A stretch of DNA of 54,361 nt from Halocafeteria seosinensis (taxonomy: Eukaryota): contig LVLI01000229.1 of assembly GCA_001687465.1 (NCBI GenBank), positions 248,001 through 302,361 of the forward strand, written 5' to 3'. Position numbers and translations under genes: made by a program. Positions 34,649 through 45,550 of the stretch are shown here, in pieces. The notes under the pieces are model-generated. The model saw only the letters and a list, made by a program, of their open reading frames with translations. It ran no database searches and was not told where the DNA came from. Numbering within the stretch: the stretch's first letter is position 1; each line of letters starts with the position of its first letter.

Positions 34649-37105
34649 TTACCCATTCTCGCTTTGAATTCGCCGATGCCTGTTTATATGAACTGAACGT
34701 CTCCCTCTTTTGGCTGGCATTGAGCCATGCGACGATCGGCGGACTTTGGAATCTGTAGGTTTGCTGGCTTCCGCAGTTAAATTAGGACTCCTGATCGTCG
34801 ATGCGTCTGGTGGAAGAAAACCTGCACTCTTCGTCGCATTAGCGTTCAAAGCGGTGCTAGTTGGCGTGCTTGACATTCCAGCCGTAGTCGACGGGGGCTT
34901 CGACGATACTGAAGAACTTGTCAGCATCGGGGTGATTGCGGATAACGATGAGCTCACGGATCTCGTCGAATTGGGGACGGAGGCTGAGGTAAATGAGGGG
35001 AAATAAAAGGCTGTGAACTGCGACGTCATTCGTGGAGGTGTTGGCTCAGTTGCAGTCTTTGTAGTTAGGTTTGTTTGGATGGGTATCGCGGACTCTACGG
35101 AGCTTCCCGACGCAGTTAGTACTGTCCTGTTTGTAGGGGACAATCGAGGGTGGGCTGTTTTCGGTTTCGTGGGTGAGAGTGTAGGTGTGCATGACGCAGA
35201 TGGGTTTTTCGATACCGTGTGGGACCCTGATGGTGAGTGCGTGGATGTGGTTGACGCCAATGGTGTTTTCGATTCGGTTGGGTCGCGGGTAGTTGTGAGG
35301 GACGCCAATTTTGTTTTCCTCTCCGTCTTTGAATAGGTAGATGTGACTGATACGGATAGGGTTTCGGACACAGATGATGTCTTCGATTCCGTGCGGGAAC
35401 ACGTAGCTGTCGCTGTTTTCGTCTCCGATGATGAAGAGGTAGGTGTATATGACAGAGATGAAGTTATGGATGTCGTTGGTGAGGGCGTAGGCGTCTGAGA
35501 CACAGTCCGTGTCCCAGTGGCAGTCACCGTATCTGAATTTGTTTGTGTAACCGTAGCGGTTGCAGACGGTGTCCACGTTGCCGTCGGTGATGGTGTTCCG
35601 GATGCAGTCGGTGCAAGTGAAGGAGTTGATGAAACTGTAGCACGTTTAGAAGCAGTTGATGTCCGTATCCCAGTGGCAGTCACCGTATCTGAATTTGTTT
35701 GTGTAACAGTAGCGGTTGCAGACGGTGTCGACGTTGCCGTCGGTGATGGTGTTTCGGATGCAGTCGGTGCCAGTGAAGGAGTTGACAAAACTTCAGTACA
35801 TGAAGCAGTTGATCTACTAAAATCCGTAGTGGAGACTGTAGGAGTAGACGGGATGCTGGTAGAACTGGGTGTAGGACTTGGCAATTGGAATACGAGCACC
35901 GGCAAGCTTCCTTCATCAGGCACAGACCAAGTTTCCTCTGACCAAACTACCGTTCCTGAAACGCTATATAGCGCTCCAGTTATTTGGTTCAAAGAGTTTG
36001 CGTTATCCTCTTTTTGGCTAGGATCGTGAGCACTCCCCACCAGTGGGTTTCCATTGCTGACCGACCATTGGATTGTCACGGTAGCGGCAAAAAAATCGTT
36101 GATATGTCCTACGATACCGCCACAACGGCCACAAATGGTACCTTCCGAGTAAGTGCTCGCTATCTCCACCGTTCCGGAAATACCAGCATTTCCACCACAA
36201 ATCCCTCCAGCGTCGTTTCCTGCAATATCTCCAGTGCTGTAGCAATCGTCAATGCGCACCGTAGCTCCGGTAGTGCCTGCGTCACCTCCTACGATACCGC
36301 CACTTCGAAACCCTGTAATTTTCCCTTTGGAGAAGCAAGACTTGACCTCTACAAGCCCGGAATTTAGTCCCGCGCTATCGCCAATGATGCCTCCACCAAG
36401 GTCGTGGGCTATGTCTCCTTCAGAGAAACACTCGGTGACGTATACTTGGCCCGTATCCTCTCCAGCTCGGTTAGCACAAATCCCTCCGGAGCTGTGCCCC
36501 CCTATGGCGCCCAACGAGTAAGACCCATGAATTTCAACAATTCCACGAGCACCTACAGCTTCGCCGGTGATTCCCCCAGTGTAGTCGCCTGCTATGTCCC
36601 CTGTGCTAAACGAGTTGCTAATGCTAATCTCACCCTGGTCAGCACATCCTTGGCCGAAAATGCCCCCCGACTCGCTTCCTTGGATGGTTCCAGTGGAACT
36701 ACAAGAAATTACAACAAAATATTTCTGCCCTTTCTGTACGATGAATCCACCTTGAGTTGCTGTAGCACCAGATTGCGTGCGAACGTTCTTAATAACCGGG
36801 GCGTCTGCAAACTGCCCAACGTTGGGGCTTATCTTGAATAGTCCAGGGAAAGACGTCATTCCCTGCAGATCAATGATGTTATCCTTTCCATCAAATACTT
36901 CGCCAACATCTAGTGTAATAAAGTCGAGTTGTCCGTATCCCGCGGTACCCCATTGCAGAACAGCGCAGTCCAGTGTGAAAGTCTGTTTGTCGGAATCGTA
37001 GGAGAAGCAATTTTCCTCGTTGGCAACAATCCGCAGTCTCAAATCGTCTCCCGAGCATAGCGTTACACCACAGAGGAGTATCACAGCCCATATGGCTATC
37101 TTCAT
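34649..37105 (-). CDS. Secreted GLUG-like (GGIxG) repeat protein with a Ser/Thr/Pro mucin-like stalk (~818 aa), intronless
   Basis: Signal peptide MKIAIWAVILLCGVTLCSG. About 6 repeats of CxSxGxIxGxxxGGIxG are followed by ~350 aa of S/T/P-rich sequence. Confidence 0.8.
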   Translation of the reverse strand: MKIAIWAVILLCGVTLCSGDDLRLRIVANEENCFSYDSDKQTFTLDCAVLQWGTAGYGQLDFITLDVGEVFDGKDNIIDLQGMTSFPGLFKISPNVGQFADAPVIKNVRTQSGATATQGGFIVQKGQKYFVVISCSSTGTIQGSESGGIFGQGCADQGEISISNSFSTGDIAGDYTGGITGEAVGARGIVEIHGSYSLGAIGGHSSGGICANRAGEDTGQVYVTECFSEGDIAHDLGGGIIGDSAGLNSGLVEVKSCFSKGKITGFRSGGIVGGDAGTTGATVRIDDCYSTGDIAGNDAGGICGGNAGISGTVEIASTYSEGTICGRCGGIVGHINDFFAATVTIQWSVSNGNPLVGSAHDPSQKEDNANSLNQITGALYSVSGTVVWSEETWSVPDEGSLPVLVFQLPSPTPSSTSIPSTPTVSTTDFSRSTASCTEVLSTPSLAPTASETPSPTATSTPSATATVTQTNSDTVTATGIRTSTASKRATVSSTPSLAPTASGTPSPTATWTPSATATVTQTNSDTVTATGTRTVSQTPTPSPTTSITSSLSYTPTSSSSETKTATATCSRTESKTSSVSETLSVSVTSTYSKTERKTKLASLTTTRDPTESKTPLASTTSTHSPSGSHTVSKNPSASCTPTLSPTKPKTAHPRLSPTNRTVLTASGSSVESAIPIQTNLTTKTATEPTPPRMTSQFTAFYFPSFTSASVPNSTRSVSSSLSAITPMLTSSSVSSKPPSTTAGMSSTPTSTALNANATKSAGFLPPDASTIRSPNLTAEASKPTDSKVRRSSHGSMPAKRGRRSVHINRHRRIQSENG
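35513..35785. repeat. Internal direct repeat, two ~117-bp near-identical copies offset by 156 bp (52 codons)
   Basis: cccagtggcagtcaccgtatctgaatttgtttgtgtaac... occurs at 35513 and again at 35669. Confidence 0.9.
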
Positions 37106-37929
37106 TTTTGTCGGTCGTTCAAACACTGCACTACAACTCCAGGAGAAATTCATCAGCAATCACGCTCTCTGCTCACGGGGTGACGTACAAGAGCCTGTCT
37201 CTGTGTTCTCTGAAGGGGAGCTAGTGCAATCTCGCCTCTAACAACAGTATGATTGGTCCATTAAACAGATACAAGACTAAACAGCTGCTATATGGTAGAG
37301 CATTTAACGCATCAGCAGGAGGCCTCTTAAGAACAAGGGGAGAAAGATCTCTTTCTTTGCGTTGCATTTCGGATGACAGGTCCCAGTGTATCACCACTAC
37401 AATCTTTTTCCTAGTGAATGTTGTGTGCGGTAGAGACGTGCGCAGACAACTGTCATTTTAAAACAAAAACAGGGACAATATACTGACAAAACTAAAGGAA
37501 CAAGCTTCAGTGGGTCGAAAATGTTGTTCTTACACCGCGCGGGACTCCGGGACCTGGAACCTCTGCAGGCTGGAGATCGATGTAGATTCGGAGATAATTC
37601 TGCTATTTAAGTCGGCTGTATTGCAGCCATCCAACATCACGCACCGCATTGCGAGATCTTACATGGGGAAGTGGACAAGCAAAACCTGCACAGCTGCTCG
37701 TTGTGGATCACTTACGAATCTACTGTATCGGCAGCCACCGTACACAATCCAACGTCTGCGATACCAACATGGAATACAAACCAAATGCGCATGAATACGG
37801 AGAAAGAAGCGCAATACCATGTGTGAGATCACTAGTCACTCCTTATGAAAAGGATGGCATCGGGCTGTCGACGTTTTGGCAATACAGTGGATCTGAACTG
37901 TTGCAGAAGCAACCAACATTGGCTTTACT

Positions 37930-38540
37930 GTGTCGATGTTTTCACGTTTTGGATAAGCACATTAGGCGTCATAAATAATCCGGCCTATTCTCGCTTTGAA
38001 TTCACCGACTTCTGTTTCCGTGAAATGAACGGTTGTGGTATGGAGTCATGCGACGGTCGTCGGACTTGGGAGTTTGTAGAATAGGTGAAGTCAGATTGCT
38101 GGTAGTCGATGCAGCTGGTGAAAGAAAAGTTGGACTCTCGGTAGAAGCAATCCTAGATGACGTGCTTGACGGTTTGACCGCGACTTTACTAAAGAACTTG
38201 TGAGGGTCGGGCTGATTGCAGGTATCGATGAGCTAACCGGATCCGTCGAACTGGGAGAGAATGCATCTGACGTAAAGGGGAATTAAGGGATGTGACCTGT
38301 TTGTTTGTTACAGAGTCGGCTCCGTTGCAGTCGTTGTCGTTAGATTACGGATTCTGCGGAGCTCTCGAGGCGGTAAGTAGTGCCCTGTTTGTATGGGACA
38401 ATCGAGGGTTAGTTGTTTCTGGTTCGTTGGTGAGAATGTAGACGTGCATGAATTTGATGGTGTTTCCGATACCCTGTGGAGCTCGGGTGGTGAGTGCATG
38501 AACGTGGTCCACGCCGATGGCACCGTCACGTCGACATACA
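37930..38540 (-). pseudogene. Diverged partial duplicate of the 3' end and 3' flank of the GLUG/mucin gene
   Basis: It is colinear with ~34585-35270 (e.g. attctcgctttgaattc, gtcgatgc..ctggtg.aagaaaa, gggacaatcgaggg, ggtgagtgc). The frame is broken and the GLUG part is absent. Confidence 0.8.
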
Positions 38541-38849
38541 CTGTGCTCATTCAGCAGTTTGCTATAGCTTCTCGTTTCTCCTTTCTGTTCTTCTTGCCCT
38601 TCATTTCGAATCAATCAGATGCGTGTCTTGTGGTCCACCGGCAGGTTCTTCGTGAACCGCTATCGACGGGCCCGCTGTTCCATTAGAAGCGACACACAAC
38701 GTAGCACAACGTTGAGCAGTAGGACTATGCAAGGAATTCTACGTTCCCTCGGCTAAATTTCACAGGTTTCTATCCTGCTCCCAACGCTCGGAAGCTTGGG
38801 ATGGCGATTGCTCATCTATTTAACGTAGATAAGTCCTAAGATTGCTTCA

Positions 38850-40030
38850 GTTGCCTCTTACTGTACACATGCATATGGATCGAGGAACTATTGCATTGAC
38901 TGCGGCGGAATCGCTCAAGGGAATGCAACATTGCCAGTACAATACGTCGGTGACCGGGGTGCAGGGGGTGGACAGGATTCAGAGGATTGTACACGTAAAC
39001 GTTCAAGAGGAAGCATTTATGTAATACGCATAACTAGTTGAATAATGGTGCCGATCCTTCCGTAATTGATCAAGCACCATGACGGTACGATCAGCCGCAC
39101 TAGAATTGGTGATTGGCTAACCCGTTGACACTTCGGTGAGTTCACAGTCGGTGCTTGGAGCATACATGTAGTGTTTCCAACTGATTGAGCATCTATCCCA
39201 CATAACGATTTTGTCCAGCAAGAACTGAGGTGCAATGGAGAGTCTGAATGGGGAAGACGCCGAGCTGATAAGCTCCGCGTGCGAAATGGGTAACGTGTCA
39301 ACTCTCTACAACGCCCTTGGGGATCCTCCAGGTAAATACCGATGTGAATGAAATTAAATTTCCCGGAGACGTAAGCAGTAGCAGACCCGAATAGCTAACA
39401 AATGTCATTCACCGCCGCGAAGAATTCAAAAAAATAACTCAGTACTATGATGCGGACGACGAACTTGAGCAAGAGCCGGTATTCTACAACTTCCTGCATT
39501 TGGTTGCTGAGCGCGGATACAAGGAAATGGTCTGGGCGCTTGTAGTAGACTACATAGGTGACCCTACTATGCAAAACGACGTAAGGGTCCCACTCTTGCT
39601 GCCAGAGTCTTCTTCGGCGTCAGAGGAATCTAGGCCTCCATGTGTGGTGCAGGTTGGACTCACACCACTTCATGTTGCAACTCTGAAATGCCACATTGGA
39701 GTCATCAAAGTCCTCTTGGAAAATTGCGGTATTGAAGTTAACATTAAAAACAATGTAAGTCAGCCTAGGAGCAATCTTTCTCCGTCGCGAGCACTCTGCT
39801 ACTGCTACTTCGTTGCAGTCAGGAAGATCTGCGTTACACTATGCGAGCACGAGAGAACCCGTAGTCCTTCTGGCAAGCGATTACGGAGCAGACGCAATCA
39901 CCAGTGATAGTGTATGTGTAGTTGCATAGAGAATTTCAGCATGTGGATGCGACTCTATGTATGCGAAACGGTATGAACCGCAGGTAGGTGGTGATACTCC
40001 TTTGCACAGAGCGACAAAGTTTGGTGTCAC
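38850..40030 (+). pseudogene. Ankyrin-repeat pseudogene, truncated at the 3' end
   Basis: Spliceable exons encode NFLHLVAERG (to 39580), GLTPLHVA (39653-39754), GRSALHYA (39819-39911) and GDTPLHRATKFG (from 39984). There is an in-frame TAG at 39392 and an upstream relic LNNGADPSVID at ~39040. Confidence 0.65.
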
Positions 40031-40739
40031 AATCCTTTCGCACACCCCTCAGGATGGGCCGGTCCATCCGGCGCGTCCAGGTCAATTATGAAGACTTTCC
40101 TCTATCGAGGGAAGGCAAATAACATCGTGAAATACACACCACATATATAAACTACCATACTTGAATCAAACGATCTGCTCTTATAATACATACAGTATTA
40201 AGTTTTCGATGCCAAACCTTACCCACGGGGATTGGGGATACAGTAGTCCGGGTGCCTGCCCCATCGGGGCCCATCCCCAATTGGGGATCTGTTGAACAGA
40301 TATTGTTCTTTCGAGTTTGGTTGGATTGGAAGCTCCGAGTTCGAACGAAGTTTTGTTCTGCAGAAACAAGTTCCCTTCATAAAGTTTAAACGGAATTAGC
40401 CAAAGTTTATACGCAGTCTATTGAATTCATTGATTCAGGTGTGATTACTTTTGTCATTTATCTAGAAGGGAAAAGGTATGTATGGACCGAAGAACTTGTT
40501 CGAATGGAGATTTTTTTGTTTCCCATTACTGTCCCCTGAATGTTCTCCACTGTCCGGTAAAGTTGGGAGACTGTGACAGTTCTCATCTATCATTCACACT
40601 ACGAGACCACGTAAATAGCAAGGGCACCCTAACCAACTCACGTCTGCTAAGTTTTGAACCTTTTTCTCTTCAACAGATATTTGTGGAGAATCTTGTTCAC
40701 GTCATCATTGGAGACCATTGGGTTCCAGTCTTTGAAGTA

Positions 40740-43054
40740 ATGAAGCGTGCGCTGGTGACTTCTGACCTTATTGGTCTTGCTGTGGTAGCCTCATTTTTCG
40801 TCGCCGTGCAGGCAGCAGTACGTAAAGTGAATTAGTGGCTGCGTTGTACGGCTCATGAACTGCAAATAATGTCCCTTTATTCCTTTATCCGTACCTTCCA
40901 GGAATACCGGCAATGTGTAGCTCCCAAAACAGGGAGTACATCAGTTCATGATAAGAAATTGTTTAGCTACGACGTTAAGTCGTCCGTTTCGTCATATGCT
41001 ATGGATGAAGCTAGCAAACGTATTCAAATAGTTGCCCAAGTGGAGAACCCCGATGAAAATAGCATAAAGTTACATTTTTGGGGAGGCGACAGCTGCAACA
41101 ACGCTCCAGACGGTAGGGGTTACACAAAGGAGTCCTCTGAGAGTGATATCCATGCAAACATTGTGTACTACCTGGTCAGACACAATGATAATCTCCATTC
41201 ATATGACTACGTCTGTTTTGCTATAATATGCGAAAACTTTGTGGCTGACTGCGAGAATCTTGATTACAAAATCGTTGCATACATTGATAGTAGTGTCGAT
41301 TGTACGGAGTTCGACGACCCATGCAAGACTTGTGATTCCCCAAAGCAGTTTTGGGGAATAGATGTACCTTCGTATAAAACTTCATCCGCTGTGGACTGTC
41401 ATGGTGACATAACCATTTCCGGTTTGGAATCGGAGTGCTCTGGGATTGCATGTGCCGATCCGAACACTTTATGGGATCTCACGGATGGCAAATGCGGTAC
41501 TCGACCGGAAGACGACGGCCCTAGTGGCGGAGATGGTACCCAAGACGACGGTAGTGACACCCAAGACGATCCAAGTGACGGAAGTGGTACTGAAGATAAC
41601 CCTAACGACGACACTGGTACCGACGACGAAGAGACGTTTTTCGAGTAAGTACAAGAACTCATCCATTGCAATGGGTATTATCATCGTGTAAGTGTTCTTG
41701 TTCTCCGCGGAGCAGGCTATGGCGGGGTACAACAAACTCGGGGAAATGCATTTCATTTGACTTCCGGGATTTTAGCATGTTTGGCTCGACAACAGTTTGT
41801 GGATTGGGTGAGGAAGAAACCAGCTGTGAACAAGTGTCAACTCCGTAGGTACAGCATCTCGTAAGTCGTCTTCTCATGCCTTAGAATAACGCCACTCTCT
41901 CAACTGACTTGACAGGTTCAAAGGAAGTTACACTTACAATTTTAACACATGGTACCAAGTTGAGGCGGACAGAACTGGCGGCGGAGTATCGTGCATTTTT
42001 CTAAATACTCAAACAATTGCAGCACAAATCGAAGCTGGATCATGTCCAGAAGAGTACAAGGAACCTTCGACGACGTTTTGGGTGCAATGTAAGGTAGCAG
42101 ACATTATCGTAGTAGACAGCGCGGTTGCTTCATTGCTACGATTTGCTCTGTTTCAGCCGGCCAATCACACTGCGAAGAGAGCAGTAGCGGCGACGATACA
42201 AGTGGTGACAATGATAATGAGGGTGACTCAACTGGTGGCAACGGTGACAATAACGAAGTTGTTAGGTAAGTCTGCTTGCGGTTCTCTCGCCGTTAGCTCG
42301 GTTGAGTGAGATGTATCCTTGCCGGCTGGGAAATGCAATTGCAATGCAGAAGCAAATGGAGAGTAAACCAAGGCGAGAGCTGTGTTTCGGTAGATCTTCG
42401 TCAGCTCGACAAGGAAGGCAGAGGACCTCTAACTGTTTGCAAAGAAGGAGACCCCATATTACCTGGATTTCCTGATGGATGCAAAGAAGTAACCGGAACG
42501 TATGTCCTACATAATATATATGTATATGTGGCAATACTTCAGTTTTGCGACCTGATTTGCTAACAATTCGGAAACATGTACCGGTACAGGGGCATTGGAG
42601 GCAATACCAATGGCCAATATGCTGTCACGGCTGAAACACCTGACGGAGATTCTCTTTGCCTTTTCCTCGATACAGTTTTCTACGATGTTTCGTACAAGGT
42701 CGGGACAACTTCATGTACACCATCTGCCGGTAGCTATTCGCACAATGTGGAACGTAAGGTTGCTTGTCGGAAGTACAAAATCAGATCGAATTAGTTGCTT
42801 TACCAGAGCAATTTGCAGGTGGTAAAGAGTGCTCTGTTAGCTCCCAAAACAACAACAACAACAACGATGGAGGAGGGATGGGTGGAGGAGCAGCAGCAGG
42901 TATCGGCGTTGCAGTTGCGTTGGTCATCGGGGCTGCTATCGGAGTTGCAATTTTGCTCAAGAAGAAAGGCGAAATCAAAGACGACAGGACAGTGAATCAC
43001 ACAAATAATCCGCTACATGACCCTCAAGGGGAACCAAAGTCTTCGCTTCCGTAG
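40740..43054 (+). CDS. Type-I single-pass membrane protein (~593 aa) with Cys-containing extracellular domains and acidic Gly/Asp linkers
   Basis: Exons 40740-40817, 40902-41644, 41716-41844, 41916-42088, 42157-42265, 42350-42499, 42590-42753 and 42819-43054 splice in frame; an alternative last acceptor at 42806 is also in frame. Signal peptide MKRALVTSDLIGLAVVASFFVAVQA. TM segment AAAGIGVAVALVIGAAIGVAILL followed by KKK. Confidence 0.85.
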
Positions 43055-43807
43055 ACTACGTAAGTGTGCTTATTGCTCCACGGTGAAACGAAAAGTTTTG
43101 TAGAGTTTCACGCACGTTTGGTTCTTGCACGACTGTTTCAGAGTGTTCTCCAAACTGTCGACTCCCCAGCTGTACGTTATGAAGAGTGGTCGTGCTATCA
43201 TATTGGGCTTTATTCACCCTGCGGTTCTAAAATAGAATGACTGAACTTGCCGTATGTTGAAGCGCTTTAGCGATTAAATGAAAAAAATAGTATAGACAAT
43301 TATACGTATTTTCTATGAACGATGTGTATTAATAAGTTGACTCAATGCCGACGCGAGAACTGCGTTCTCGAAGCACCGGATCAAACCCACCCACCGAGAG
43401 TTTCGTTCGATGTCCGGAAGTCACTTAAGCTGTAACGACGATCGGATAATAGAGCGAAATGTTATCAGGTGCATCAGCGTATAGGCGATTGTTTGTTAAT
43501 AGCGAAGGAAGCACACAACTTTACAGTTGCGACAACTGTTAAGCTTTGTGGGTAGCTGCTGCGATCTGCCTGTTAGCACCCTCCAACCTCGGAAGTGTGT
43601 CCGCCCGCCGATTCCGGTCTGGCATAACTACTGTACAAACGAAGAACTCGAAATTCCATTGCTACACCACCAAACGTTTTTCCTTCCCGTCTAAACGAGA
43701 ATCTCCACCCGAAAGAGTTTGCTTAACTCAGCTACCATCCTTTCCGTATTATCCCCAACTGAATGACCACCACCATTGAACAAGTTTGGATTCTCCAGTT
43801 GCAGCCA

Positions 43808-43830
43808 ATCCGGGCGCTCGGCCCGGGTCC
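43808..43830 (+). promoter_or_regulatory. Second copy of ATCCGGGC-NNTCG-GCCCGGRTCC upstream of FBP, overlapping a CCAAT
   Basis: It matches 11342-11364 at 20 of 23 positions. Confidence 0.45.
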
Positions 43831-43965
43831 GATTTTGCATATTACGTCGATAGAACATGATTCTGGCTTCGTATTGACCCTGTAGTGTGTCGTATATCTC
43901 CGTGTGGCAAGTACTTGTACTCTGTTGGTGTTTGTTCGTTTGTCTGCGCAAAGGGGAACGAGAAA

Positions 43966-45479
43966 ATGGCGTCATCGAACACAATGGATAGCGATCCCAA
44001 CACTTTGACGCGCTTTATTTTAGCGGAGCAAAAGAAGCATTCCGAAGCCAAGGGTGACCTCACGATTGTACGTGTTTATTACCAGCACTGACCTGTGTGG
44101 GATTGCGCTTTTTCGTTGGTTTGGAATTTTTTTCGAGTGTTCTACGGAAGATACCACGGTTTTTCGGAGGGTCGCACTCGATGATTTTGGGAATTTTTTT
44201 TTTTTACGATTCCTCCGTTGCCAAAGTGTCACAAATTGACCTATCTCTTCGTTCTGAGTGTTCCGCAGTTGATGATGAGCGTGCAACTCGCTTGCAAAGT
44301 GATCTCGTCGGCTGTCCGTAAAGCTGGGATCTCGGGATTGTACGGTCTTCAAGGTGCAGTCAATGTCCAAGGCGAAGATGTCAAGAAGCTTGATGTCATT
44401 GCCAATGATAACTTTATCAACACACTGCGGGTATGTGAAAAGTAAAATGGAAGCCGTTGCAAAAAGGTTTTGGGATGCATGAACGCGGAGTATTTGCAGC
44501 ATTCACAACTGGTGGCTGTTATGGTGTCCGAGGAAAACGAGGAACCTGTTTGCGTGAATGATGCCCCCGATGCAAAATACTGTGTGGTAAGCTTAGCCCA
44601 AAGCTATGTATAGTCGAACATGTAATTCTCTTAACTTCCCGCTTTCAATGATTTGCCCGTGCCTCAGGTTTTTGACCCCCTCGATGGATCCTCTAACATC
44701 GACTGCAACATCTCTGTTGGAAGCATTTTCGGTATTTACAAGAGAGACCCTAAAAGAATTGGCAAGACCTGCAATGTAGACGATGTTCTTCGCCCTGGAT
44801 CGAGCCTCGTAGCGGCGGGGTATTGTATGTATGGAAGCAGTACCCAGATGGTTCTCACATTGGGTGAAGGCGTCCATGTGTTCACCCTCGATCCTTCTAT
44901 TGGCGAGTTCTTGCTTACTGAGCAGAATGTCAAGATCCCCGAGAAACCGAAGACTGTAAGCTGTTTTTGGTGGGAAGCTGTTGATCCTTTCATAGAATGT
45001 AATTCAATGTCAAATGCTCGCAGATATACTCGCTTAATGAAGGAAATGTATCCTCGTTCCCAGAACCAGTCAAAAAGTTTGTTGAGGAATGCAAGAGTGG
45101 AGACAAACCTTATTCTCTTCGTTACGTTGGATCAATGGTAGCGGATGTACATCGGACGCTACTTTACGGTGGTGTCTTTTTATACCCGTCTTCAAAAAGC
45201 TCTCCTAACGGGAAGCTCCGCCTCCTTTATGAATGCAACCCTATGTCGATGCTGATTGAGCAAGCAGGAGGGGCGTGTACGACTGGCACCCAACGGATCA
45301 TGGATATCCAGCCCACCGATATTCACCAAAGAGCACCAACGAGTAAGTCTGATCATTTGCTTTGACTAGTAATGTCCGTTGAAAAGACTCTTATGGTTTG
45401 TTTTCTCCATACAGTTATCGGCTGCCAGAGAGATGTGAACCGCATCCTAGAATTGTACAAGGAACACGGTTCGTCGTAA
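43966..45479 (+). CDS. FBP: Fructose-1,6-bisphosphatase class 1, cytosolic type (~340 aa)
   Basis: Exons 43966-44067, 44269-44430, 44500-44586, 44668-44955, 45024-45342 and 45415-45479. Motifs: [48 protein letters not shown] and [11 protein letters not shown]. No targeting peptide. Confidence 0.97.
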
Positions 45480-45550
45480 TTACGAGCAAGAAATTGTAGT
45501 ACATAGCTCATATCGAGCGGCAATTAAATACATTAATCGGGAACGAGTGT

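Noticed and set aside
39392..39394. In-frame TAG (and TGAs at 51.3-51.7 kb) as signs of stop-codon reassignment or selenocysteine
   Set aside because: Intact genes here end in TAA, TAG and TGA, and long ORFs have no internal stops. The affected loci show other decay.
42847..42865. (AAC)n repeat
   Set aside because: It is an ordinary coding poly-Asn linker.
44180..44257. Box C/D snoRNA in FBP intron 1 (ATGAT...CTGA)
   Set aside because: There is no canonical RTGATGA box C or terminal stem, and the D box is too close to the acceptor.
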